Assembly: GCA_051362555.1 (NCBI GenBank)
Contig: CM120640.1
Span: forward strand, 50,260,788-50,324,787
Origin: Lingula anatina
Taxonomy: Eukaryota; Animalia; Brachiopoda
Direction of reading: 5' to 3'
DNA: 64,000 nucleotides
In this document: positions 38,901 through 56,890 of the stretch, in pieces
Position numbering within the stretch: position 1 is the stretch's first letter
Layout: each line of letters opens with the position of its first letter
Translations under genes and position numbers: made by a program
Notes under the pieces: model-generated
The model's input: the letters and a program-made list of their open reading frames with translations, nothing else
The model's database searches: none
Told to the model about the DNA's origin: nothing

Positions 38901-41900
38901 CAGCTGGGGTAGTCTTTGCCTTTATTTGTCCTTCAATTCTTACTGCAGTGATTGCAGTGAGGTTAAGAGTCAGTGGCAGACCAATACAGGTGGGCACTTG
39001 GTAGGTAGCATCAGCATTGACAAAAGAGCGAACGTAATCTACTGGCATTCCCTGTTCACTCTGGATTTGCTGCAGATCAAAGTAATCTGGAATTTTTGGT
39101 ACTTATTTATTATTATTATTTTTTTAAATTGTAAAATAAATATGAAATCTTGTTTCAAATGTATTATTTCAGTGTATACTTAAACTTCATAGATTAATCA
39201 TTTTTAAAATGTCAAATAAAGTGGTATATTCCCCATAATCTTATCTAATATTGCTAATGTATCAAGTGTCAAGTTTAGTTTTCTAATATAATATGCTTAT
39301 AATAATTAACAGCTGAAGCAAAGTAGTGGATCTATAGTCTTTAAGTTGTTAATTCTTCATTTATAATAGATGTCAATGTACTTCTTACCAGTCAGCAACT
39401 GTCTTACAGACAATGGGTCCAGTGTGTAGTAGGCTACCTCTCTCTCATTGACTCTGTAGTACACTTGACCATTCAGTCTCTCAGACTGGCAACCTTGAAG
39501 TTTCAACTGATAAAACATAAACAAAACTGGAAACATTAAAAAGCTGGTTATGATTAAATACATTTTTATGTTCACATATGATGTCCCTAATTATGTGTAG
39601 TTTTTCCCGTGAAAGTTTAATATAACATAATATGAAAAAAAGTTAATTACTTCAATCTGTTACACAGAATTTGTTCACTTTAAGTCTGCCTATATGACTG
39701 ATATCATGTACCCTGAAAAGCATCATTATATCACCCAGTTTGAGTTTTTTTTTAATGGTACAATTAATAATTTAAATTTTACATGTTCCTTGATTCTTTC
39801 TTGTTCCTGAACAATGTTCTGATTGACTGGCCCCTCCCTCTGTTGGTAATGTCTGGCACCTCTGGCTGAGTGTCTAGGGCTCTGGAGAGCATCCTTGAAT
39901 GTCTTCTTAATGATGTTGAAAGCAGTTTGTTTTGGGGCAAAGATTGCTTCCAAAATGCTCTGCAGTCCCTCAGCTCTGAAGCCAACCTAAAGGAAAACGT
40001 TTCAAACATCGCATAGTGGAAGCTCTATTGTAATAGTAATACAATGTCCATTCAGTTTAGGGAAAATCCACCAAATTTAATGAAAAGCTTAAGCTAGTTC
40101 TAGACAAAACATGTATAAAGTGCCTACTTACCTCAAATAGGTTTGTGGAGAATCCAAACATAGCAAGGTCATATCTGGCAGCCAGTGAACGTGGGAGGAG
40201 AGAGTATGGACTGTTTACTTTGTGGATTCCCTGAGCAAAACCAATCTTCAGATCATTATAGTATTTGCTATAGTGCATGGCCTTGGAGTACTGGAAGCCT
40301 GGGTTGTATGGCCTACAGAAACGGAGAGCAAACTGCGCACGTCTGGCCAGAGTCCTGTAGCAGGGATGTGAGGCATTGGCCACAGTAATAAGGTATGAGT
40401 AAACGTAGGAGCCGACTTCCAAGTCTTGTTCTCTCCTAAGAGACTGAGCAACAAGTTGAAGAGCTGTGCGGCTTGGGCTTTGTCCTATGAAGATCCTGAA
40501 GGCAGCAAGCCTGAGCTCTGTTGGTTCTTCACCATCAAAGTACACTGTCAGACAAACGTCATTGATCTGAAGAGAAATGTAAAACACGTTTATGTATTTT
40601 TTTGTTAGAATATTTCTGTTTGAGCAATTGAAAACAAAACTATTGACTGATGCCCAGTAAATTATATCTTTTACCATATCATGTATTTCCTGTCTGTAAT
40701 TTAAAAATAGTTGATCCATTCCTGTTAAAGTCTAAATTGTGAAATAAAAATCTTTATTATCACTTCAGAGCTATCAGTTTTTGTTTATATCTCTCCAAAT
40801 ATTTTGCCAATGGTGTCTTACCCTGTTTGGAATAGTTCCTACAAGATTTCTCAAAGCATTTACAGCCACCACACGCAGTTCCTGTGGCTGTTGCTTATCC
40901 TGAATCACCTTCTTCAACCAGGGAAAACTTCCTTCAATTCCTGCATTGCCAAAAGCCTTCAAAACAAGGATCTTCTCATCTCTATTCTGACCCTGGTTAT
41001 ACAAAGCTTGAAGTTGCTGGACATACTTATTAAGCCTGGTTTCAGTGCAGCCTTGGTCCCTGGCATATGGTCTTTGGGATGGGTATGGGTGCCAGGTACA
41101 GCTGGCATTTATCAGGGCCCCAGCTGACAGGAGGCAGGAACGGCGCACTATGGGGCTGTATGATGCAGGGAGATTCTGGTAAAGTGCCTGCAAGGGTAGG
41201 CCAAACATCACATCTTACTAACTACTAATTTTAATGGATGAATATAGTGTGAATGCCGAATACTTACTCAGTATACTCAGAAAGGAAATAATATTTCAGC
41301 ATACTTTTTTCACTTAGTAAATTTATACACATTGTATTAAAGGTATAAGTACCAATTTTTCCTAAAAACTGCAATTGCACTTATATAACCATGGCTATGA
41401 AGTAAACTTTACCAGGAGTTGGTCAGCCATGGAGAGGTTTGGCAGTGGACTAAAGGCTAAGCCTGACAAAACTTGAGCAGCTTCACGGTCTGCTAATTGA
41501 CCTCTCTTGATGGCTGTTGCTACCCAATCCACTATAGCTCCATTGCTCACAAGGGGCAACACATCGAACAGTACTTGTCTGCAATAGAAAAAAGTGTCTA
41601 TGTTGTAATTTGACATTTATAACAATTTGACATGTGTTCAAATTTGGCATTTAACTTTCTTTGATGGATTTAAAGCAAACAAAATCATGCCTTGCTCTTT
41701 TTAAATCATATACATTCATACATTTTATTTAAGAATTAAACTTCAAAACAAGCAAATAATTCTGTTTTACTATACTACCTACCTTGCTCTCTGGCTCTGT
41801 TGGTCATTCAGTTGTTGTCTCCATCCTTGCTGTTCATATTCCTGGTGGTGTTGCTGTTTCCTTCCCTGATGCCTTTGTTTCTGCTGCCTCTGGTCTTGCT

Positions 41901-43006
41901 GGCCATAGCTCTGTTGTCCCTGGCCTTGTTGGCCATATCTCTGTTGTCCCTGGCCTTGTTGGCCATATCTCTGTTGTCTCTGGCCCTGCTGAATTGTTGG
42001 TGCTGAGCCTTGCTGGCAGTACTGTTGCCAGATTGCAGCCAGTTGTTCAGTGCTGGACTGACGCAGGGAGCGCAGAAGAGCAGCAATATACTTGGGTGCC
42101 TCTACTGGAACCCCCTGGTCAAGTTCTGCGGTGATTTGGGACAGAAGCTGTCCAACCTGAAATATACATATTTTCTTTCAAAGTCAAGTTGTAAAAACAC
42201 AGTGTTTATCATATTACTATGCAAAATATAGAGTGTACATGTAAAGACATTCAAATTGTGATTTTGGATGAACAAACCTGTTGCTTTTTAGCCACAATTT
42301 CACTGGGTGTGCTTGGTCTTGGCTGCCACTCTGGATTCTTTGCTACTTCTTCTCTCTTGGGGATGATCATTCTTAGGTTTTCCTGGTGGATTTGTGGGTT
42401 TGTGGGTGCAGGGATGGGTGCACCATTCTGGTCGGCTCCTTGAATACGTACGCATTGGCTGAAAAAGTATATGGTTGAAATTCTAGTTGAACCATGATAA
42501 TTCAAAGGGGGAAGATTCTGTGTAAAAAATTTAATCAATAAATCTTTACAGCATGCAATTATCAATGAACATACTTTCACTCCTTCAAAGTAATCCATTT
42601 TCTTCACTTTGGCTACAGTACTTTTTTCCCTTCTTCATCAATTTTAAAAGTAAGAACTTCCATCCATATAAATCTTGATGTTTATAATATAGATGTAATG
42701 AAGTAGCAATATTAGCTTTTCATGTGAACCATGAAAATCTCTTCCACTTTTCACACTCTTTTTCCAGTTTCACAAACATTAAACAATAAATGCCCATCTC
42801 ACTTCTAAACACTTGTTCAAAACTTTTTCAAAAGTACAACCCCATACTTACTTGATGTATGTGACAGCACTGCCTCCCTGCTCAGAGTATGGAGTGAAGA
42901 CATGCTGGCTCTCTACTACTGCTGATTCTATAACATTGCCATTTTGACCTTGACTGGAGATGTTGTAGCGGGCTTGGGTGCCAGATCTCAACAGAGGCTG
43001 TTGCTG

Positions 43007-43066
<60 letters not shown>

Positions 43067-44148
43067 TTATTTGAGTCTAAAATCCATAAAATGTTCTGTG
43101 ACTTTACAAATGTAGACTTAACAAATAAAATACGAAGTTTATAGGATTATCTTAAATTGAAAAGTAATGGTATTATAATGGTATGTTCTGTAAAATTTTT
43201 AATGTTCAATCATAATTTTAACAGTTTTAAGCTCTTTTTTAAATCATTTGTTGACCTAATATTTCTTCTTAGTTCTGATGGTAACTGATTCAATTCGTAT
43301 GGGCCGCATATACAAAAAGATTTTTCTCTAAATGTTTTAAGCCCTGCTTATTGAGGTTTCAACAATAATAATTATAATAATTGGTCCTTAGAAATTTTAG
43401 TGCTATTTGGTGTGTATTGAGATACAAGTTCACAGAGATAATTGGTGCAAGTCCAGTATGTATATCTACAAATTGTAAATAAATCTTTCTTGCACAGATA
43501 TATATCCCTCCTTACACAATTACTTCCTTATGTCCTTTCTTACACAACTACATGAACCTGTTCTCAGCATTCTGTATAAATTCTTCCCTCAAATATGTGT
43601 ACTACTGAAACAATCTCCTTAAAATGTTGCAAAACAGTTCCCATTTAATAATATATATATGAAATGGGTTACCTGATCATAGTTGCAAGAATCACAGCGG
43701 ACAGCTGTATAGATGCTCTGTTGGAAAAGTGGCTGTTCCAGGCAGTTCCTATAGTTGCGCACCTTGGTGACATTGATCACATTCTGGCTAGCATACTGGG
43801 AGTAGGAGTAAGGGTAAGAGCCTACCTGGTACAGAGTCTCACAGTCACCTGATACACCATCCTAGAAAAAATGAATTGGAATCTTATAAAAAAGATGAAT
43901 AAATAAATCATTTTAAAAATAAAGGAATGAAAAATATCTCCAATTTTCACTACACAACACCAAAGTCTACATACATTCCAACAAAAACAGAAATATCATC
44001 TGACAATCACAGATAATAAATAAATAAAAAATAGTAAATAACACATAAGTGCCACATGTTTGTAAAAATCCTCAAATTTCATTATAATTGACCTGCACTC
44101 CACAAGTATATAGTAAAAAGAAATATGGCTTGCCAGTTTCCAAGAAAA

Positions 44149-44191
<43 letters not shown>

Positions 44192-44486
44192 ATATTTTTA
44201 AAAATTGCAATGAGTTTTGTGAAAAAAGTAATTGTCCATATTTTCAAAATTCATCTGCAATTTCAACATTAAAAAAAGAAGAAATTGACAATTTTTAAAT
44301 AAAAGGAAAATGATTTTTGCAAAGTGAGTTTTGGGTGGCAACTGATTATCAGTGTTTACTAAAGTCGCAACATGTACAAGCACAGTTGAGCAAAAATTAT
44401 GCAGACAATCACAGTGTCTTTAAGTAAAAAACAAAATTGCTTTTTAGATTTAAATAATTTTAAAAAGATCTCAGATCCATTTGCTA

Positions 44487-44533
<47 letters not shown>

Positions 44534-46372
44534 TAAGGCAAAAATACCACCACTTTCTTTAACCCAAGAAATAATCTCTAGATTTAATGCATTCTAATAC
44601 ACATTTTAAAAAGCATTTTCTTACCTCCATTACTTTGTAGACATTCCTGTTCTGTGTGCTCTGTCTGCGAATGTTTGTAAACCAAGCATCCCAGCTGGAC
44701 CTGTTGTCCTCATCTAAAGCTCTGTACTGCTGCAAGTTGACTTGGAATACACTCAGGACTCCCTTCTTGATATTCACTGACCAGTATGGGTCATCCTGTT
44801 CAGTCTGCAACTGCTTTACAATGCCATCTTCATAACTGGAAATAATATTACTATGGTTACTGAGGATATCTCCACAGGAAATATTTCTTTGTTTGTTTAT
44901 CAAATCCACTTAAGTTATTAAGTCAAAAAACTAGAAGATGCAATGCCAGCTCCCACAAACTGATTAACTGTTAAAACAATTTTTCAAAAAACCAGCTTAA
45001 AAAATTAAAAAAATACCATCTCTGTCATAAAGATCACTAATTTTATGTACCTTTGCCTTTACACCTCAAACATTAAGACAATTGATCAAATTAATACATC
45101 CACATTCAAAACTTTTGATATGTAAAATATCATTTTAAATAATTGAAATATTCACCTGATTTGGAATGGTCTTTGCAGCTCTTGGCTGATCACTTGCTGC
45201 TGCTCCTGTTGTAGGTCTTGGAAAATCTCCAGTGGCAGTTGCTGGGTTGGTTCACCTTGTACAACCTTCTCATTCAACCTGCGCACCTGAACACCTTCCA
45301 ACTAAAACATAACAAATGCTTTTTTATCAGTTCCATATAACACAATTAATTCATTAGTACTGAAACTGTAAGAGGAAATTAAATCTAAATCAATTGTAAC
45401 ACCACAAGTTTTACAGTCTCATCATATTTTCCCTTCTCCGATTTTCTCATTTGTTTTCCTTTATTTTCTTTTTCTATTATTTTTTAAGTAAGATGAGACA
45501 ACAGGAAGGTTTGTACCTGACATTGGACCTGTGAGGCAGATGTGAACTGCAGTCTGACAGTGGCTCTGATTCTGACTCCACTGTACTGCTGAGATGAGCC
45601 AGGGATTCCTGTCAAAACCTGACCATCATACACATATGCGTATTCACGACCTGAGCGGAAAACTGAAAAGAACAAAATTTACAACATAAATTACAGGAAT
45701 AACTCATTCTTAATCTTCTTTTTTAAAAATTGATATTAGATTATTCAAAGTTTCAGTCTAGCAAAAATTTTACAAAATTATAATAATAAATAGAATAATA
45801 AGAAAAGGTTACAGCCAGCAAGGCTGAAACTTATGCAGGCAATTAACAAAAAAAATTAGAGAAACAGATTGAATGGAGACCATAAAATATGGAAAGTTAT
45901 ACAGAAAAAAAATAAACAGCAACAACATTGACAAGATCAGATACCAGTGATCAGGATAGTATTAAATATATATTTCCTCATCCAGTATTTTAGTAGGTAC
46001 AGTTATTTACTGTTTACAAGTTTACCAGTTAACAGTTGAGACATACATTACTTACCAGATTCTCTTCTTGATGCACCTGTAGGGAAAAAACAGATTGATA
46101 AAGACAATCACAACTTTGAAAATTTTTTCTTCGTGTGTTATAACGTGTTTCTTGTCATTTACTCCTTATAGAAGAAGTAGTATGATATAGTGTTACAACG
46201 TTGTTGAAGCTTGCAGATCTTTTCAGACTATGCTTAATTAATTGACCAAAAAGACAAATCAAGCACTGAATCCTTTCCTACATAATTATCAGGATCAAAT
46301 AAAGTAAAAAGATTTAAATCAGCACTTACTTGCAAAGCAAGCCCCAAGAAGTAACAACAGTGTGAACTTCAT
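31980..46372 (-). CDS. Vtg: Vitellogenin / large lipid transfer protein (LPD_N, DUF1943, VWD), about 29 exons
   Basis: Signal peptide MKFTLLLLLGACFA. Motifs: FRSGREYAYVYDGQVLTGIP, WSVNIKKGVLSVFQV, LKAFGNAG, ELRLAAF, EVGSYVYSYL, and the VWD motif YRGKTCGLCGNMNG. C-terminal QEICFS..PV.QC...C. Confidence 0.93.
41888..41985 (-). repeat. Coding 30-bp tandem repeat x3 (GQ[R/G]QQ[R/S]YGQQ) in a vitellogenin exon
   Basis: The unit ttgYtggccataKctctgttgtcYctggcc occurs three times on the + strand. Confidence 0.9.
43009..43490 (-). mobile_element. L2/CR1-like LINE 3' end with AATAAA and (TTA)n tail in a Vtg intron
   Basis: The minus strand reads like ...LKTFREKSFCICGPYELNQLPSELRRNIRSTNDLKKSLKT, resembling the L2 ORF2 C-terminus (RAF..AP.LWN.LP..IR....FKK.LKT). 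It is followed by aataaa and a (tta)n tail. Confidence 0.65.
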
Positions 46373-46419
46373 GGTTCTAGTCCCCAGTGCAGCTGTGAAG
46401 ACGCCACCGTATGCACATC

Positions 46420-46426
46420 TTTTATA
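46420..46426 (-). promoter_or_regulatory. TATA box of the vitellogenin gene
   Basis: TATAAAA on the minus strand, about 48 nt upstream of the ATG at 46372. Confidence 0.65.
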
Positions 46427-47304
46427 CAAATTGAGCCTCCTGCAGCAATGTCAGACAGCCTCACCTTCACACCACTTTTGTCAGTATTCTCACACACCAA
46501 GTTTTCTTGTTTTTCTTTAAAGGTTGACAGATCATGGTTAATCATATCATTGTACTGTTGTTTTTTCTAAATGTAAATCAAAGAACAGATGTGATATAGA
46601 GGAAAACAGCACTGATTGGCACTTGGGATCCAAAGGGAAAAAATTGAACAGGTCAATATTGACACATACAAGGGACATTTAAAAAATTAAATATAAACTA
46701 GTTTAACCATTCAGTATAATAGGCAAAAATTTTCTTTGAAAATTTTAATAATTTTCAGTTCAAAGCCAAGGTATACCCAATCTAAAATCACTTAGTTATG
46801 TTCACAAACTATTTTTTGAGCAGAGTTTTGAAAACAGATTAACTCTTTAATTCAGCTCATCAAAACCATTGTTTTCTTGGATTAAAACACACCATGGTAT
46901 TTATGGGCAAACAATTCCAAAATACTTGAAAAATACTTCGCACAGTGGTGTTTTGTCTGTGAAAATATTCAGATTATGCTGATCTTCACTTCAGTGAAAC
47001 AGAAAGCTGTTTTGGCAATTATGTCATAAATGAGTACCTTTCTACCTGTGACAGCCATGGCAATGTGCGAAAAAATTGCATCTACAGCATCTCATAATTT
47101 AAGATTACCTCTCAGGTCTGTTTTAAAGCACAAAAATGAGCTTCCTGAAGCTAATGATCCAATCCTTTTGTTTTTTACTTTTTAATTTTCTGCCTTCTTT
47201 CTTATATGCAGTAAAATATTCATGAAATGCACAAATGCCTCAAATAGATAATTCTAAAGCAGTGTATTTTCTTTCCTTGTGGTCTTGGAGGGGATATTGT
47301 TCAG

Positions 47305-47436
47305 TGTGTGTGTGTGTGTGGGGGGGGGGATTGTCCAGGGAAATTGGGTGGAATTGACTGGGGGGAGGGGGGAATTGTCCACTGGGACTTGGGGAATTGT
47401 ATGGGTGGGAGGGGGGGGGATTGTCCTAGGTTCTCA

Positions 47437-47498
<62 letters not shown>
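47305..47498. repeat. (GT)n, then a G-rich array (GGGGAATTGTCC-like units), then (TA)n
   Basis: About five ggRaattg(tcc) units with long G runs, bracketed by microsatellites. Confidence 0.75.
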
Positions 47499-47501
<3 letters not shown>

Positions 47502-49622
47502 AAAACATCAGCATATATTCTTTTCCAATTGGAAATTGCCATCAGCTTAATTACAAATTCTACTTTTAAGTAGGATTTTAAGTACTTCTTAAAAGAAGTA
47601 AAACCAGTACCTTCTTGAAGAATCTGAGAATACCAATCTCTGTGTAAGTCCATCATTTTTATAACTTTTCATTTATCTTCAAAGCACTTATTTATTAATC
47701 TGTTTTGATATATACAAATTAACATGTTATAAGTTACGACAAGGCATAAATAAAAAGAATTCTCAGCCTTGGAAAATACCTTTCCATGGCCAACTCCATC
47801 AGCTGATCTTGTAGTTATTATTTTCACAAAGAAAGTTTTTGTAAGCAAGGCCTTCAAACAATAATACACAAAAGCCATGTTTTGTCTTACACAAAACATT
47901 TCAATCGGTTGGTGAGAAACTTGGTGAATCACTGAAGGTCAACTGATAACTTATGGAATTTTTTTTGGTATTTACATTTATATTTCTCCTTTACTGCTCC
48001 TTGCATGTTAAGTGTTTCAAGTGCAGCTTGAGGCTTCCCTCAAAATAAAACATTATCCATAAATCTAAAACAAAGATTAATAAGTACTTCTTGTCAAACA
48101 GAAGGTAAATAATCATCTCTGCAATTTGTCAGACAAAATTTTGTCATAGTGACGTTCAATTCAGTATGAAAGAAGCACCTTAAATATATTCCCTTACTTC
48201 CCACCCTTTTCTCCTGCAAAGAAGGGCAAATGCCTGTTACTATGAGACAATTCAATTAGTCTAATCTTTATCAAAATATTTGTTTTAACATGATTTGCTT
48301 TTCATGAAATGATTACAAAAATAAAGTTAATTAAATAACTGACTCCACATAAATTTTTGTTTGAAAGAGAGTGGGAGGGGAAGGGGTTCTGTTGAAGATA
48401 ATTGGAAAAGTAGGATAAAAATACGTCATTTACTTTTCAGAACAATGCACTTAGTTGTATAACACTTTCCATCACATTTCCTATTGTTATGTAAATAATG
48501 AGGCAACATTTGTACACTGTGGAAAATTCCCAATATTTTCTGGATACTTGGTCATTAGCCCTGAAGCGAACGACAGAAAGTTTCAGAAACATGAAAATAG
48601 AAATGGTTTTACTGTTACAGGATTTACAAAAGGTATAATAATGAGACAGAACTTAACAGTCTTCATGCTTATATGTTTATGATAGGTAAATCAGTAATAA
48701 TCAAAGTCAATTTTTATGGAAGGCCTTGTTATAATGATCTTATACCTGCTGCTTTATATTTTGCTTCAACGATCACTAGTTTGAAAAAGACATCATCAAG
48801 TAAAATGGCACTGCTTCCATTTGAAGGCACTATGTATTCAACAATATTTCCAAAGTCCAATTATCAAAATTGTATGCTCTTTTCTTTCCTTTTTTGCATA
48901 CCATTTTTAAAGATTTATAAAAATGACTAATTTTTTTGAAAAATCTTACTCCAGGTTTTAAGAATCTGTGTAAATTGACAAACAAACAAAAAATTAACAT
49001 AAGAATAAAACTGTTAGACTATTAAAAACTCATTTCCTTCTCTTCCTTTCACATCACTTTTACAAATTTATGAAATGAAAATAGTTAATTCAGGTAAATG
49101 AAATAATAAGAATCTGTGTAATTTAAGAAAAAACATTAACATCAGTTGAGTACAAAAGTGCAATCAAAGTTTTATCATAATATATTATTTTTGAATAAAT
49201 TTATTTTATATATTGTTTTTACAAAGTCATCTGGCAAAACAAACAAATGCTCTGACTGGTTAGTGGGGTTAAAAGAAAACTTTTATGGTAATGCAACAAC
49301 ATACTACAATGTTCAACGCATTTATTTACAAAATAAAATATAGCTTATTAGATATTATACATTATAATAAAACTATTTCATCTCAAATTGTGGAAAATAT
49401 ATTACATCTGCCTGACATCACACATTGTTTTAGAAATACAAGTTATGTTGGCAATATCCTTTCACATTTCCTCGTATATGATTCTCCTTTACACGATGAT
49501 ACCTTTTTCACAGTTATGCTTCTTGTTTTAAGATCAGGACCTGTACTTGCATCAGTCTTTTTAACATAGTGAAGTGACTTAAAGATTTCTGAAGCAATAA
49601 AGAGTCATTTTTTATACTTTTT

Positions 49623-55733
<6,111 letters not shown>

Positions 55734-56172
55734 TCTTATTTACAATGACAAAATGTTAAAGAGTAAACGTGTGTCAATAAATACAATACGTTACTGAATT
55801 GTACTTTCCGCTCAGAAAAACCAGGCAAGTACGAATGATATTGACTAAATGTTAGAGTATAAGCAGGCAATCGCCGAAACACTGAAATTTGTTGTCATCT
55901 GTTGCCATCTCCATTTTGGACCCCTTTTAGATGGCTTCTGTTATTGGTCCATTCTTTATAGATGGTCCAATCAAAGCTTTCATTTCACTTAGAACCAATA
56001 TGGCGAAGGGTGAAGGTCAAATTAGAGAACTTCTGGATTTTGCCTGATTCATGTACCTACCGTTCGTTTTACGTCTTTTCTCCCTCATGAAGCAATAATG
56101 CGGTGTTTAAGTGTACATTTGTTTAAATAGACCGTCTTCAGTATGTACAGTTACTCATAAGATAACCGAAAG
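55734..56172. promoter_or_regulatory. Bidirectional promoter ARMH1/TOPORS and putative non-coding first exon of TOPORS
   Basis: Three CCAAT/ATTGG boxes (about 55942, 55966, 55994), a YY1-like ATGGCG at about 56000, CpG retention, and a strong donor AAG|GTAAGT at 56172. Confidence 0.6.
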
Positions 56173-56890
56173 GTAAGTCATAATTCAGATTATGTAAATC
56201 TTATTATGAGCAGAAATACGAGGATAACTTTCTCACTATCAGGTTGTGAATCACATGCGATTTCAGCACTGTGACACTATATGGTGGAAACGTACATGTA
56301 TGCCCTCTCAAAATCGATTTCTTATTTATTTAGTACTATTTGACGGATTGTTGTCTGGGTTACAAAGCTTTGCAGTTTAGTTTTGAATTAAAGTTTTTCT
56401 TGAAAGTATGATACTGTACAGTACAATTTAAAACATCACTTCATCAGCTAGTTTTTCATCTATGTTGTAAGTGTATGTTAAAATTGTTATTTTTTTCATA
56501 CTTATGTAGGAAAACAACACTCGTTTGCCACCTTGAACAGTTAATCAATCTGGTTAATGAACCTAAAAATTAACACTTGAATACTATACAAGGACTTGGC
56601 AAAAGCCAGATGTAACTATAACAGTTTAGTGGCACAGCTCTTTATTCCTAAAGCCTGTTTCATCCCAACTCTGTCTGTCTTGACAGAGTTCTCAAATAGA
56701 ACTTGTGTTTCGTTTACATTTTCATGACAGTTACCCTGCATAGCAACTTATAATTATTATATGAATTTTAATTTTTAATATGTGAGAACACAAAATACAT
56801 GTATGTTGTGCCCAATGATAATGTCATTATAAAAAAGGAGAATTTCTTTCACACAGTCAACAGTTTTTTATTCCAGACTGTGGACTGATA

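Noticed and set aside
41784-42134. Hydrophobic repeat ORFs (LLAISLLSLA; VVPGLVGHIS) and the ARDNRDMANK ORF
   Set aside because: Antisense or alternative frames of the Gln-rich vitellogenin repeat.
47279-47656. ORFs with YIYIYI runs (also 62940-63173 and 43996-44247)
   Set aside because: Translations of (TA)n or (TTTA)n microsatellites.
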